Shown piece by piece: positions 12,104-25,509 of a stretch of DNA of 64,000 nucleotides (its first letter is position 1; each line of letters starts with the position of its first letter). The notes beneath the pieces were generated by a model that saw only the letters and a program-made list of their open reading frames with translations, made no database searches and was not told the DNA's origin. Position numbers and translations under genes: made by a program. This stretch comes from Haliotis cracherodii (taxonomy: Eukaryota): assembly GCF_022045235.1 (NCBI RefSeq), contig NW_027266264.1, positions 80,786,001 to 80,850,000 of the forward strand, given 5' to 3'.

Positions 12104-13128
12104 CATTTGGGTCAGGGCACTGTGACACTGACATGTCTTCAAACTGAAATCAAGCAGAACGTTTTTTGAATGGTTGCAGAAATGTTTAACCGTTATGTCA
12201 CTTCAGAAGCTCCAAGGGAAAAACAGGACTGCAGCATCCTGAGCTTGTAAAGAGCTGATCAATGAGAATCGTTGGTTGGACTTTGGGTCACGGGTTTGTC
12301 TGTGATTATTATTCACAAGTCGCTAGTGATACACCTGAAATATTAATATTGCTGTATTTAAGAAATAAACGAGTGGGAGTTGTTTTTCCAATAAAACACT
12401 ACATGGGAGCAGTCCCGAGTGGTTTATTCACCTGGCAGTGTTTTATTGTACGATAAACAACGACCACAAGTCGCTTGTTTCTTTTATGAGATATCAACGT
12501 TGTTTACGGCCTCTTTAAGGATGATGATAAAATGTACAAGCTTTAAAAATAGTTACCCTTATATAAATATTGATGACTCTCTCAGTAGAATCCGAGAAGT
12601 CCAATTTAGGCACAGGTGAATTTTTCCCGCATATTCTCACAATCCTCATGTCGATTACCTGTACCTTTTCTCCCAATACCGATTGTCATACCTCTCCCGC
12701 TGGATGCGATCGTTCGGTCGCCGTGTTTATCTGCCTTGCCCAGCTACATCCATGGGCAATAACTCACTAGACACTCCCCTCTCAAAAATAACCTCGTCCA
12801 AAATACCACGTCTTCAAGTTGCGAACGCATGTTCGAATCTCGAGAAATGACGTCATGACAGAACCATGCTTTATCTTGAAATAAACCACCCTTTGTTCTT
12901 CATTGTTCTTTGCGATATATAGCGTAGTTATCTTATATAAGGCGATAATAAAATTCACGGAGAGATTTTCAAAAAACATGTATCTTGCCTTGAAGACTTT
13001 ACATCAACTACGCCATAAAGTCAGTTGAATATTTAGTGATCTCAATGAATGGCAGCAGTTCTGACAAATATGCAGATGTGTATAATGTTGGCAGTGACAA
13101 TGAAAGATCTGATCTATCCTGATTATCA

Positions 13129-13662
13129 TCATCTTCCCGAGGCAAGAGAGTGAACTGACTGTAAAAGTCCAGTTTCCACCCTTGCCGAACTAGGCTGGTA
13201 TTATGGAGTTACATTTTGGCTGGACTAACGAGTCTATGCATAGTCCAATCAAAATCGCGCAACGAAATCGAAATCCGGTTCGTAAACTGTCGCGAAGATT
13301 TCGGTCGATTGCAGGATTTGCAAAACATGTGCACAGCCAAATCGTTGTCAACAGATATTTTCCAAACATGTTTATGTTTTTAATAAAGGTGCTCGCGTGA
13401 TTTGATGCACTTAGCGATGTAAGACCCGTTTATCACAATATAGACCTTGATTATGGATCAGATCGTCTTGACTGGGCGCCACCGTTTCGTTCGAAACAAA
13501 TGCAAGTGATGGAATGTGATTGGTCCACAGGAGAGGCTTAGAAGGGACATAACTCTAATAACGACTGGTGGCGCTACGATCGAGTCCGGGAATTCAAGCC
13601 AAGTTCGGCAAGCGTGGTAACTGGACTTTTAAAGTCAGTTAACTCTCTTGCCTAGGGAAGAT
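13129..13662. mobile_element. MITE / non-autonomous DNA transposon with about 70-bp TIRs
   Basis: CATCTTCCCGAGGCAAGAGAGTGAACTGACTGTAAAAGTCCAGTT... at the left end is matched in reverse complement by ...AACTGGACTTTTAAAGTCAGTTAACTCTCTTGCCTAGGGAAGATG at the right end. Confidence 0.85.
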
Positions 13663-15171
13663 GGCTTATCGTGATCAAACCCCAGTGTGTCTTTGCGGTC
13701 GTGTCACAATTGAACACACCAAGCAGTCCATCTGTGGAAGTAAGTCCTACTCGGCAGCCAAAGTGACATGTCCCAATTTCCTTCTTGTACAAGCATTTGT
13801 ATATTGGGAAGCTATTCTACACGGGAACATACTGTGATGTAAAGGTTCATCGACACCAACCTGGCCTCACGCCTCTTTTGGCATTACCACGGACATGAAA
13901 CTTCTGTGAACACAAGGAATGGGATTCACACACAGAACACAGAACGCTATGCCAACGCCCTTAACACTGCTGCATGCTGGTGGGTTTCTATTCTATTGAC
14001 ACTGCACATCTGTTATTGTGAATTTAGTAAAACATCTCCTTGAACAGATTTTTTTTTCTTTTTTATATGAATGTGGCAGCTTAATTGGGGGAATACTGGC
14101 CCATGTAGTCGCCTGCCATTTAGAACCCAGCGTACGGGCAGACCAAGGATCGCAATGGGCGTGAATCTTAAACTGCGCATCATCAGCAAGGGTCAGTGCA
14201 GAATGGTTCCAGTGCCGTGTCCCAATATATCAAAAACACATAGACAAACACCAGAAATCAAGCCATCTTCTCATTTTATAGCAACAGAGGCTTCCAAACA
14301 TCTGCCGTCTCATAGTTTCCAATACATAAATAGTTGAAGGTAACAAAAATACACATCGCTTACAATAACAACCACACTTTAACAGTTAAAACAGTTCTCT
14401 CTTGTCAGATGCAATACATGTAGATGAACTCAACAAGTGTGCTAAAGCCTCACAGTGTGTAAAAGCACATGCTGCACATAAAATGACATGCAGTGTAGTT
14501 GATGGTCGTGTGGATTAATAAAACAACATGGTGTTAAAGCATGGCCCCTTTGTACATGGTATTCATCACAGGAAGACATTGAGCTGCTTTGGTGACAACT
14601 AAGACCTGGCACCTCAATAAAATGAACAGGTTGCAACCAGTGGGCTGTAAAATTCATTGACTAAAATACACAAATGTCATACATGTATTGAATAATGCCA
14701 TGGTTTATATACGACAGCACCATTGACATACAGGAAGGCAATATGAACACAGCATGGCAATGTCAACATTACAGTATCGAAGAAGTTGAGTTTGATGTAA
14801 TCTCAACTGACAACAACGTTCGTCTGCCATATATACTCTCTCTCTCTCACACTCACTCACTCACTCACACAAACTCTCTTTTAATCACAAATGAGGTACA
14901 TATTACCAGGACGTGTCCTGCCTCAAGTTTAACCCATATTTCACTCATTGCATGCAACCCTGTAAATGTGATTGCAGATACAGTGATAAGTAACAAGCCA
15001 TACGTCCACATTGATACATAGTACATAAACATTATGAAATGATAAATAAAGGTTTTGAATTAAATACAATGCCATGTTATCATTCAAACAAAAACGTACG
15101 TCCACACAATACAAACGCATCCATATGTAGCTGATGGTGTCTGTGTAATCAATTCAGTATTGCTGTGGGGT

Positions 15172-15843
15172 TCAGTTATCATTCAGTTCGTATTCAAACT
15201 CATATGTCCACACCGATATCAACCCCAGGAGATATTTATACGGTCTATAGTCCACCATTATAAAGCCCAGTCTCGTGTAGAGATTCCTCGCAGGCTGATG
15301 AACCTCCGTCGTTATCAGCTCTATCTTGTCGTAGTGACGTTGTTTACAAAATGATATCGCCGTTGAAACCAGCTTCTTGGCAATACCTAAGCGTCTGAAG
15401 TTCCTTTTCACTGCCATTCGTCTCAGCCATGCTACTTTACGTTCTGCGTCACCAGCCGTTTTCTTCACAATCCCAACAGTTCCTGCAATCTCGCCGTTAA
15501 CCTCGGCAATCCAAAAATTGTCGTCTTCGTCACGGAAGTAATTCTGTCGTGCATTTTTCATGTCGTCATGGGTCGGGCCATACAGGTAGTACAGTGTGCC
15601 AATAAAGCTGAACCCATACACGGCACACCCATAGATAATAAGAGATATTGTTACCGCTAGGAAGGAATGTAAAACAACTCCCGCAACAAGGGCAACAGCA
15701 GAAGCGAGTTTGATTGACGCAGGTCGAGAAATAGCGATCTTAAAAGAAGGGTAAAGATTACTGAAGCTTGCCTCTTTTAACACCTCCCATGTGCCTGAAG
15801 CGTCTTTTTCTGTCCATTGTCGAATATGCACACCTGATGACAT
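15172..15843 (-). CDS. GNAT N-acetyltransferase of the NAT8/NAT8L (camello) family, 223 aa, single coding exon
   Basis: N-terminal IR...D motif, hydrophobic membrane segment, DM..ARQNY, FWIAE.NGEIAGTVG, LRRMAV...RRLGIAKKL acetyl-CoA motif, L.TTEVHQPA.NLY.RLGF. Confidence 0.9.
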   Translation of the reverse strand: MSSGVHIRQWTEKDASGTWEVLKEASFSNLYPSFKIAISRPASIKLASAVALVAGVVLHSFLAVTISLIIYGCAVYGFSFIGTLYYLYGPTHDDMKNARQNYFRDEDDNFWIAEVNGEIAGTVGIVKKTAGDAERKVAWLRRMAVKRNFRRLGIAKKLVSTAISFCKQRHYDKIELITTEVHQPARNLYTRLGFIMVDYRPYKYLLGLISVWTYEFEYELNDN

Positions 15844-16683
15844 TGGTTAGGATAATACAGGAGAAATGAAGAGACAGGTGTTTTTCATGTCCTTCCTATT
15901 GAACAATCAAAACAGATGTGTGGAGAGCTCACTTCTCGTCCAACAAGCACATGCCGGAAGTATACCTTAGTTACCCGCGAACCGCACTGCGCATGCGTGA
16001 CATCGTAGACTGGTTTCCATATTTTCTGGCTCGGTTGGTCATTTTGGTATCAACGGGAAGATTTAAATATATATATGAGTAAATGTCTAATGAGTCATCA
16101 GGCTTTATAGATGGTAACTTACACGTATACAAAAAATACACTATATACATAGGCAGAATATTTGATACATGGTCTCTGTACAATATTTCCATGAAGGTTT
16201 TCGTTGCCAACATGCAGGCTTTCGTTGCCTAGAGGTGGCGAAATTATGTACATTTTGTTGTTTGAACAAGATACTAAAACCAAATCTAAATTTAAATCAT
16301 TTGCTACAATTTGTTTTTAAAAGATGTGCCATTACAAAAGTGGTGTTATTGTTCTTTGACTATGTTGACACACTAACAAACGCTGCCGTGCATCGAGTCA
16401 AAATGTCATCACATTTGCTACACCGGAATCCTGTCTATTAATATCTGTAAAAGCGCATAGATGATAGCGCGGAGAAAAAACATAACCGGTTAAACCAAGT
16501 ACGCGACGAATTTCAACGCTGATTGGCTAGATTTCTGTCCGTGACCGGCGCCTCTGACTATGAAGAGCTATTTCCGTGGAAAGGAAACAGCCCAGTCACA
16601 TTTCTCAGCATTGCCGGTCGCGAATAACATTCGAGCGTGCATTTTGAATAACTTAACTGACAACTCAATAAATATAAGACACG
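15844..16683. promoter_or_regulatory. Probable bidirectional promoter of the NAT8-like gene and TBCA
   Basis: Start codons diverge 840 bp apart; TGCGCATGCG (NRF1-like, about 15988), CCGGAAG (ETS-like, about 15954), GATTGG (reverse CCAAT, about 16520). Confidence 0.55.
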
Positions 16684-19600
16684 ATGGCTGACCCGAGAAT
16701 AAGGCAAATCAAAATCAAGACTGGAGTCGTGAAAAGGCGAGTATTAACATGTTATCGTTCTTTTCTTATCTATGCAGCATGATTCAGATGTGAAATGTCG
16801 CGCGTGTTTACACATGACACTCGCCTGGGGACCCGCGCATGCTTGTGTATACCCGAGGCTCACTGTCAGGAGAATGTTGGTGATTTCTGTTTTATTTTCC
16901 GTCCTGTTTGTGATAGTGTCATTGGCCGTAGCGATGTGTGAGATCGGATGCAGACCGTATCTACGACAACACTAGTAGATGATCTCCAACGTAGCAAGTT
17001 TGATTCAAGTCATTCTGATCAAGTCTGTTTTGTAGGTCTCCATGACAACTATTAATTACAGCCATTTTCCTGCTGTTCATTATGTTTGTGTGATTTTACT
17101 GTCACTCAGTCTCAGTCCCTCTACAATCTACATGCAGAAAGTATGACCTGGTGACGCGTCTCTCTGGCAGCTTCTGACTCATCCATCCATCTACCTTATC
17201 TAGAATCAAAATGATGCATGTCTAAATATAAAAATGGTTCAATCTGCTTAGCATGACAGTGTATTCTAATCATTGTTTTTTATATTCAGAGGCTTTACAA
17301 AGTTGAGTGATTGCCATGGTTACCATGTAGTCTGATATGAATTAACTTTCTTATATATAAGGCGAGGGGCTGGTACAAGCTATCCAACCTGATAAATATC
17401 TGACCCCAGCTCAACCCAAATGTCACTCCAAGGCAAAGGCATCAGGAGTGCACTTTACCAGGTGCACTTTTTCAGATCCAGTTAGATCTAGCACTGTAGG
17501 GACTCGAGTGCATTTTGCCGGCTCGTCTAATTAATGCGGTAATTTAGCCAAAGCTCTACCACTGGACCATAAGTGCTTTCCCACTTCTTCATCATTGCTT
17601 TCCAGGGGCGGTCGGGTAGCCTAGTGGTTAAAGCATTCGCTCGTCAAGCCGAAAACCGGGGGTAGATTCCCGACATGGGTACAATATGTGAAACCCATTT
17701 CTGGCGTCCCCTGCCTAATATTGCTGGAATATTACTAAAAGCGGCACAAAACCATACTCACTCACTCACTCATTTCTTTCCAACAGTGCATATCACATAA
17801 TTAGGCTAATATCAAAATCTCCTATAATGGCTGCTGAAATAAAATTTGCAGATTTTTTCAAGATGATTGCTCTCATAGTGGTGCGAGGAGCAAAGTTGTA
17901 GATATATTTAGATATGGGCATGCTGTGTACATGGTATGGGAATACTTGCAGGCATTTACCTAGACCTACCCAGAGGCTGAATATGTAGGCACTGATATTA
18001 GGCCACAACTTTGCGGCGAATTTCAGTAAAAATACCTTAATTGGAATTAATTTTTCCCACTTCATGTTAATATAGTTATAAGAAATAATTTGCTTTATGA
18101 GGTTGACTTATATTTCACTGATGACAGGACCAATAAAGAGAAAGTGCCCTTATTGTATTGAATGCAATGTTAAAATACCTCTATACATCAGAAAGTAATA
18201 CCAGATGACCCCCAAGCTTACTTGCCTCAGCTCGCCTTTTTCCGTTTCTGACTGGGTGGTCAGGCTCGCTGACTTGGTTGAAGCATGTCATCGATCCCAA
18301 TTGCGTGGATCGATGCTCATGATATTAATCACTGGATTGTCTGGTCATGACTCGATTATTTACAGACCGCCGTCATATGGCTGGAATATTGCTGAATGCG
18401 GGGTAAAACAACAAACCAACCAAATCTGACCCAGTGACCACTCCATGGGTGTAGGCTTATCATGTGACCAGACTTTTCTCTTGGTTGTAAACAAACTTAC
18501 TCTGAAATAAGAACAGTTAGGCCTTATGCAAGCCTTCGTTGCACTTTACAGTTTACATGTTGTCCTGCATCATTGTACGGATGTGCTACTACAACTGTGA
18601 CAATGAGATGCATGACAATATAGCTTCACACATCAAAGTGACTGTATCGCCAGCTGTCCGTTGAGCTTCCACAGCACATGGAAGATGAATGCGCAAGAGG
18701 AAATAGTTTTCCACTTTTTAGGATATTTTCTCAATGAAAGATAAACTTTTCATGTCATATGTATATATAAATGTGTAGACTCGTCCGAAATAAAACAGAA
18801 ACACATGAATTGACTGGCCGCAAGGAACTCTGGGTAGGAGAGTGATTGGGATTATACACATGATACAACCAAGGCATATTTATATTGTGATGTAGGCTTT
18901 GATAATCACTGGCTTCTTATCTAATCTAGCTGGCAATTTGTATTTTGTAACTCGGCCATAATAAAACCTAAACCTTTTAACAAATGAATGATGCTCTGTG
19001 CAGCACTTGCGTTGTCGACTTTCCTGTGCGGAGCTCTCTTTGTTTTGGCTTGAGAATTGAATCGGGCATGTGACGTAACACTCTTAAAGATTTTATAACG
19101 CACAGAACCATCGACATACTGCCCCAGTAAAACAATCCCACTTTTGCACAAAGTAATTATGTTTGTCCATTTTGCATGCCATGGGTACTTAGTTTGGAAT
19201 CCTAGATAAATCCATGACGCCAGCAGACAGCTTCAAGGACCACACAAACATGACAAACCCCTGAACTGTGAACTTGCAGAATGTGACATAGTACATGAAG
19301 TATGGATTATAGATTCACATGGCTAGACATGGCCTAGTCCTGAGAGAAGAGAATATCTAAGAACACTCCCTGTTTTCTTCCCAAGTCAGAAGATACACAT
19401 AATACAGCTGAAGGAGTCATTGTCGGCACAGGTACTTTTCTGTATACAAAAATGTTCCCTAACCAATGAGCAAAAACAGTTCTTTAGGTATTCATCACTT
19501 CCTTTGTAACAAACCGCAATTAAATTTGACATGGCAGTACTTATGAGATTCATTCCAGCGTATCATACAAGAAACGATCATACACAGTGACATACGTACA

Positions 19601-22459
19601 ATAATCTAATATTCCTTGATGCACACGTATTCAGGCAAACCGGAACTACAACAAGAACCAGTTTCTGTTTTGGGCTGGGGAATATGGACTCGTCCGCTGT
19701 TTGGGGTACCAAGTGCGTTGGTGCATTCTAATTTTGGCTTGGGAACATTTTTGGATACAGAAACCTACCTGGGGTACATTTATGTAGTACCAGTGCTAAC
19801 TATGACCCATTCAGCCATAATGCAACCACCTATTGCTGAATTGGCAAACACGTAACAGTTGGTGCACACTCATCGAACTAGTAGTAAGCAATGAGTGTGT
19901 TGTGTTTGATGTTGTATTTGTGATTAATACTGTGGTTTCCGATACAGACTGACAAAAGAGAAGTCGATGTACGAGAAGGAGGTGGAGACGCAGGAAGCTC
20001 GGGTCAACAAGATGAAGGCCGAAGGGGTCGATGAGCATGATGTCAGGAAACAGGTGAAGTTGCATCCCAGGCCATTCTGAGGAATACGATGGCTTGCCCC
20101 TACCGGCAATGACAATTGAAAGATTTTCAACTCTGCCTGCCTCTCATCACTTTATTGTTCCCAAGTACCATGAGTACAAACGGATGAATAAATTTCCTTT
20201 TTATATATAATGACGGGGGGATATAGCCATCAGTATGTCTGTCCGTCTGTCTGTAATCATTGTTTGTCCGGAGCATATTTCCTAAACCGTACAAGCTAGC
20301 TTCACAAAACTGGGTACACTTACCAATCAGGCTCAGTAGTAGTGCCTTTTGCTATTTAGAGATTTTAAGAATTTTTTATTTTTGTCGTTACCATGGAAAT
20401 ATGATGAACTTAGGAAATTTGAGGGTACTCAGAGACCCTAGGAAGCTCCTTCATTGCTAACCGTGTCTCCAACTAAATATGTTTCACAGGCTTTGATACC
20501 CTGTTTGGTATTCACTGGTAAGAGTCCTGGGGTAGTAGTTAGTTTGCAGTGGGGGTGGAGTTGTTATCCCCTGCTATAAAGTGGAAGTGGGATATAGGAA
20601 TGGGTCATGTTTGTCCGTCATATTTCGTTTCCGGAGCAGAACTCAAACCCATGAGAGACATCTTAACCAGACTTGGCACATGGATAGCTCTAGTGGTGAA
20701 CTGGTGCCTTTTGATAGTTTGGGATTTTTTAAAAAAAAGTATTTTTCGAGTTTCCATGGCAACAACTTTGACTTAGACTGAAAATGTCAGTAGTGCTCAT
20801 TTCCGGTGCAGATCTTGATAACCATACAATATTTCTTGCCTTGCAGACAACCGGACATGTCATATTGGCGGGAGATATGAGTATTTCATGCTTGTTCTGT
20901 CATTAATTTATGGGGGGCGATCGCGTAGCCTAGTGGTTAAAGTGTTCGCTGTCATGCCGAAGACCCGGGTTCGATTCCCGACATGGGTACAATGTGTTAA
21001 GCCCATTTGTGGTGTCCCCCGCTGTGATGTTGCTGGAATATTGCTTAAAGCGGCGTAAAACCATACTCACTCATTTATTTATGTACATATAAATCATTAA
21101 GCATTGTCTGTCTATAAGTCTTTGATTCAATGTATCCTGTGTTAGAATGTCCCCAGCATCCTGTTCTGGTCAACTGAGGCAACCAAATGGTCATGCTCAG
21201 TGATTGGTTGATATTGTATCATTGTGCCCCATTGGCATGAATCATGGCTCGTAATATCAATCACTGGATTGCCTGTTCCAGGCATGATTATGCACAGACT
21301 GCTGTCCTATAGTTGGAACATTGCTGAGTGGGACGTTGAATAGCAAAACAACAATACCCTTACCTTTCCAAACTTGACTGGGGGCGGTCGGGTAGCCTAG
21401 TGGTTAAAGCGTTCGTTTGCCACGACGAAGACCCGGGTTCGATTTCCGCCATGGGTACAATGTGTGAAGCCCATTTCAGGTGTCCCCCCACCATGCTATT
21501 GCTGGAATATTGCTAACAGCAGCATAGCCACACTCGCTCACTGACTCACTCCAGACTTGACAGACATTGTGGGATGTGTGTGACGGTGATGGTTGTTACA
21601 GATGGAGGTGCTGCAGGAGTCACGCGTCATGATCCCGGACACCAAGAAGAGGCTGAGGACAGCGTACGATGAGCTGGAACAGACACTGGTACGTACATCT
21701 GTAACAATCAGTAGGAATACAGTAAACTCATTATCATGATTATGATTTATATATGGCTGGGAAAATGATGGGCCTGGTATCAGATCTAGAAATGTTGATC
21801 CATGGACCCTAGGGCTGGGATGATACACCAACTGTGCGATCTGATATGTATCACGATATTTGTTTCACAGATAATTTTGTGTGACTTGTTTGAGTTTCTG
21901 GATAATAACCGTTGTATATTTTTCATCAAAACTTGGCAGATATATCAAACAGATCCTGATGTTGTGCGTTTGGTTTTTGCAGATTTTTGGCATTTTTATT
22001 TTTCTTGATTTCCATGGAAACAATTTGGACTTGTCATCGTGCATGCATGTCATCGTATTCCAATTGTGTGGATCGATGCTCATGATGTCAATAACTGGAT
22101 TGTCTGGTCCAGATTTGATTATTTACACACCACCATCATACAGCTGGAATATTGCTGATTGCAGCGTTATAAACAAACAGAACACAAGGTAATGCTGAAA
22201 GATTCTGAACTAGGGCATAATGACACTTGATCTGAAATACTGTTGTCACAAGATTAGATTTGATTTTGTCAAAATAAGATCGGACACCATCTTGTATCCA
22301 GGCTGACAAAATAATAGGATTATTTGCAGATGATTATCATGTCAAACAATGAGTTTTGTATGTTTATCCTTACAGCAAAGAGAAAGTGATCTGTCAGAAG
22401 CAGAGGAATTCGGCCAAGCCAAGAAGATCCTGGAGGCAGCACAGACAGCTCTAGCATAG
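16684..22459 (+). CDS. TBCA: Tubulin-specific chaperone A, 109 aa; exons 16684-16736, 19948-20053, 21602-21688, 22376-22459
   Basis: MADPRIRQIKIKTGVVKRLTKEKSMYEKE...EVLQESRVMIPD...; the 53/106/87/84-nt exons join in frame; first donor is GC (gcgagt). Confidence 0.95.
17605..17771 (+). mobile_element. tRNA-derived SINE family B
   Basis: A-box TAGCCTAGTGG and B-box-like GG.AGATTCCC; (ACTC)n tail; imperfect TSD CATT(G/T)CTTTCCA. Confidence 0.85.
18253..18423 (+). mobile_element. 5'-truncated SINE-like family A copy
   Basis: Body and tail match the 11220 copy. Confidence 0.8.
20198..20897 (+). mobile_element. Two Helentron-associated (HINE/DINE-like) non-autonomous element pieces
   Basis: GGGGGATATAG followed by a (GTCY)n microsatellite, internal AAACT.GG.ACA/CCATGG.AAC units, and a GCGGGAGATAT...CTTGTT 3' end; a related unit lies at about 21845-22035. 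Confidence 0.55.
20913..21073 (+). mobile_element. tRNA-derived SINE family B
   Basis: TAGCCTAGTGG and GGTTCGATTCC boxes; matches the 17605 copy. Confidence 0.85.
21380..21550 (+). mobile_element. tRNA-derived SINE family B, about 50 bp upstream of TBCA exon 3
   Basis: Same consensus; flanking repeat TCCA(A/G)ACTTGAC. Confidence 0.85.
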
Positions 22460-23095
22460 TATTGTCCTTCAACTGTCTATGATGAAGCAGAAACTTTACT
22501 TTACCAATGCATGCTATCCTGTGTATGAGTAAATGGCAGACCTTGTCTGTCAAGGGGCTGCATTAATACTGATACGCATGTAACGTCTCCATACTGTCGG
22601 GCTCACGGATACTGTAATTACATTTGGCATTTGGTGTATATGAAGCTCATTCTTAGCTTTAAAAATCTGAATTATTATTGTGATCATTATTTTATTCAGG
22701 GGAGAAAACTCTTCAGAGCATGATTTCATCACTATGTTGACATTCAGTGTTCAGAGTGATTGATGCACTGTGGTTCCTCTCCTCATATTTTGCATATCCA
22801 AGAAATATTTTTAAACATAAGGATTTTCAAATTTTAGCATAAGCTGTTGAAAACAAGATCAGAAAATTCAAATCCAAATTAGAAACATTTTTAATGTACA
22901 TGATGTATGACAAATGTAATGTTCATCAATACACCTAAGGAAACAAACAAGATAGCACCCTTTCTATTTGAGGAATCATATTTCCCTAAGCACTGACCTT
23001 ACAAGATATCTATTGTTTTCTTTTGATTTGTGCTAATTACTGCTGGTTTAGTACATGCTGAAACTGGTAGGCCATCCTGGTCTCTTTCTCAACAG

Positions 23096-23374
23096 GGGGC
23101 ACGGGGTGGCCCAGTCGTCTTAAGCACTGTGATTCGCTGTGCAAGGAGTTGCGCCCCTTGGGCACGCCAGAAACCTATGATTGTGAGTTCGAATCCCGGT
23201 TAGCCCCGATTATGTTTCTAGGTTTGTCAGCACCATACTCGTTCTAGTCGGTTTCACCGATATGGTAAACGTCTGAGACTTGCATCACTTCGGGCTTTCC
23301 TCCCACATTAAGCTGACACGCCGCGATATAACTGGAATATTGTTAAAAGCGGCGTTAAACCCAGCTCACTCACT
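23096..23374 (+). mobile_element. Full-length tRNA-type SINE family C with 14-bp TSD
   Basis: TSD CTCTTTCTCAACAG on both sides; TGGCCCAGTCG and AGTTCGAATCC boxes; shared CTGGAATATTG...GCGGCGTTAAAC tail. Confidence 0.85.
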
Positions 23375-24146
23375 CTTTCTCAACAGCATGCAAGTTGACT
23401 GTACATCATGGCTAGTAGGATGATTACTGTTATTGGCTCTATGCTTGTAAATAGTCTGTTTTGTTATATACTTGTTATGATGAAGGACTGTATTTGCCTG
23501 GGTCTGAAAGTATCAAATCAATATCTCACTCTAGTGATGCAACACTTGATGTCTGAACTACTTTATATCTGCCTAGTGATGCTATAACCAGAATTCATCT
23601 CATCTCATCTCCTGGTTGTGCCACTCTTAATGGGATTCCCCCTATCTATCTGTATCGCATGTTAGGTGGTGCTTACATCCGTCATGCTCAAAGTGTGTTG
23701 TACTTGATGTTCCTGTGCCTTGCACTTGAGACACCCACTGCCCCATGCTTGTGGAAGGGGATGATGATGTGTGTGACCTGGCTGTGGATGTTGCTACTGA
23801 CTGCCGGTTTGCGATTCAGTATAGTTGCATAATGTTAACAGACATTACAACAATGGCAGTGATGAGATAAATGATTCAGCTGTGGTATGTCTGTGAAATT
23901 CTTGTGTTAGGTGTAATACTGTCTTCGGTGTGGACTGTTACAAGCTAGAGTATGAATATTTACAGTATACACCTTGAAACTGAAGTCAATAGAACATCTA
24001 CATCATTAACCTCACTGTGGCAGGCTTGTTCACCACAATCAAATGAGTCATGCATGCAATTGGCTTCTTTCCCAGTGTTCCATGTTAAGTTCTGCATTTC
24101 CCTTCTTCATGGCCTTACTCAAATTGTCTGTATGTTTTAGATGTGT

Positions 24147-24433
24147 TTTGTTTGTTTGTTGTTTAACACCGCACTAAGCAATATTCCAGCTATATGACAG
24201 CGGTCTGTAAATAATTGAGACTGGACTAGACAATGAAGTGATTTACATCATGAGCATCGGTCCATGCAATTTGGGTGCAATGACATGCATCTTCCAAGTC
24301 AGCGAGTCTGACCACTTGAACCTGTTAGTCGCCTCTTATGACAAGCATAGTCGCCTTTTATGGCAAGCATAGTCACCTTTTACAGCAAGCATGGGTTGTT
24401 GAAGACCTGTTCTCCCCCGTGTCTTCACAGGTC
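24147..24433 (-). mobile_element. SINE-like family A copy with three copies of the 22-bp hairpin module
   Basis: AGTCGCC...CAAGCAT repeated three times at about 24326-24392. Confidence 0.85.
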
Positions 24434-24865
24434 TTTAGATATGTAAATCAATAATCTCTTGTAATGGCATTGTTTGGATTTGGATGACCTATCGCAGGAG
24501 GCAAAGTTTCAACTCACCGAAGGATATAATTTGGCATTTAGGCCTTTAAGATATTAGTCATTACATTACCCTCGTTGCACCCACATTGTGTTTAAGACCA
24601 CTCAGTTAAGTTTGCAAGAGTGTGCTTCAGTCCCCTGTAAGGCTGACTAGTGTCCCTGTTATGACAACCCTCCTTGTTGGTCATCAAAATGTCAATGTCT
24701 ACCCATATCAGATCATGTCAGCATGTGTTTCTTTTGCATAAAATGTATGACAAATCAAACAAATAAACTTTTATTCAAGTGAATGTGTTTTGTACAGACA
24801 GAGGTATCACAGCCACTGCTCTTACTGTATGTAAACAGTGCAAAATACTAGGCTGAAAAATCATA

Positions 24866-25200
24866 CTATTCTGTATTCACAAAACAAACTATTCTGTATT
24901 CACAAAACAAACTACTCTGTATTCACAAAACAAACTCTTCTGTATTCACTAAACAAACTCTTCTGTATTCACAAAACAAACTATTCTGTATTCACAAAAC
25001 AAACTACTCTGTATTCACAAAACAAACTACTCTGTATTCACAAAACAAACTATTCTGTATTCACAAAACAAACTATTCTGTTTTCTTTAAACAAACTATT
25101 CTGTATTCACAAAACAAACTACTCTGTATTCACAAAAAATTACTCGGTATTCACAAAACTAACTACTCTGTATTCACAAAACAAACATTTCTGGATTCAC
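24866..25200. repeat. 23-bp minisatellite (CTCTGTATTCACAAAACAAACTA)
   Basis: Directly visible, about 14 copies. Confidence 0.95.
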
Positions 25201-25509
25201 TATGAAAATGGAATATTATTTGATCTGTGCAAAGTCATCATAGACTCATCACTCAGCTCATGTGTTCTGTTTTCTTACAATACTATTAATTATCATAAAA
25301 CATCTTCTTTTTAAAAAACAATATTAATTCCACTTGGTACAGTGAAGGGACATTGATAAACAGGCAGAGCTTACATAAATATCTCTCCCCGACAAAATTC
25401 GAACAAGCAGCAGTAGTTTAATAATACAGTAGTATAGACTTGGTATTAAGTCATATGTGGTACATCAAGGGTAAACAGTTGTTAGTGAGGTTTATATAAG
25501 AGTGTGTGT

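Noticed and set aside
17605-17680. tRNA gene
   Set aside because: The tRNA-like head continues into a SINE body and tail with TSDs and occurs in several diverged copies
24838-25314. 158-aa ORF
   Set aside because: Translation of the 23-bp minisatellite
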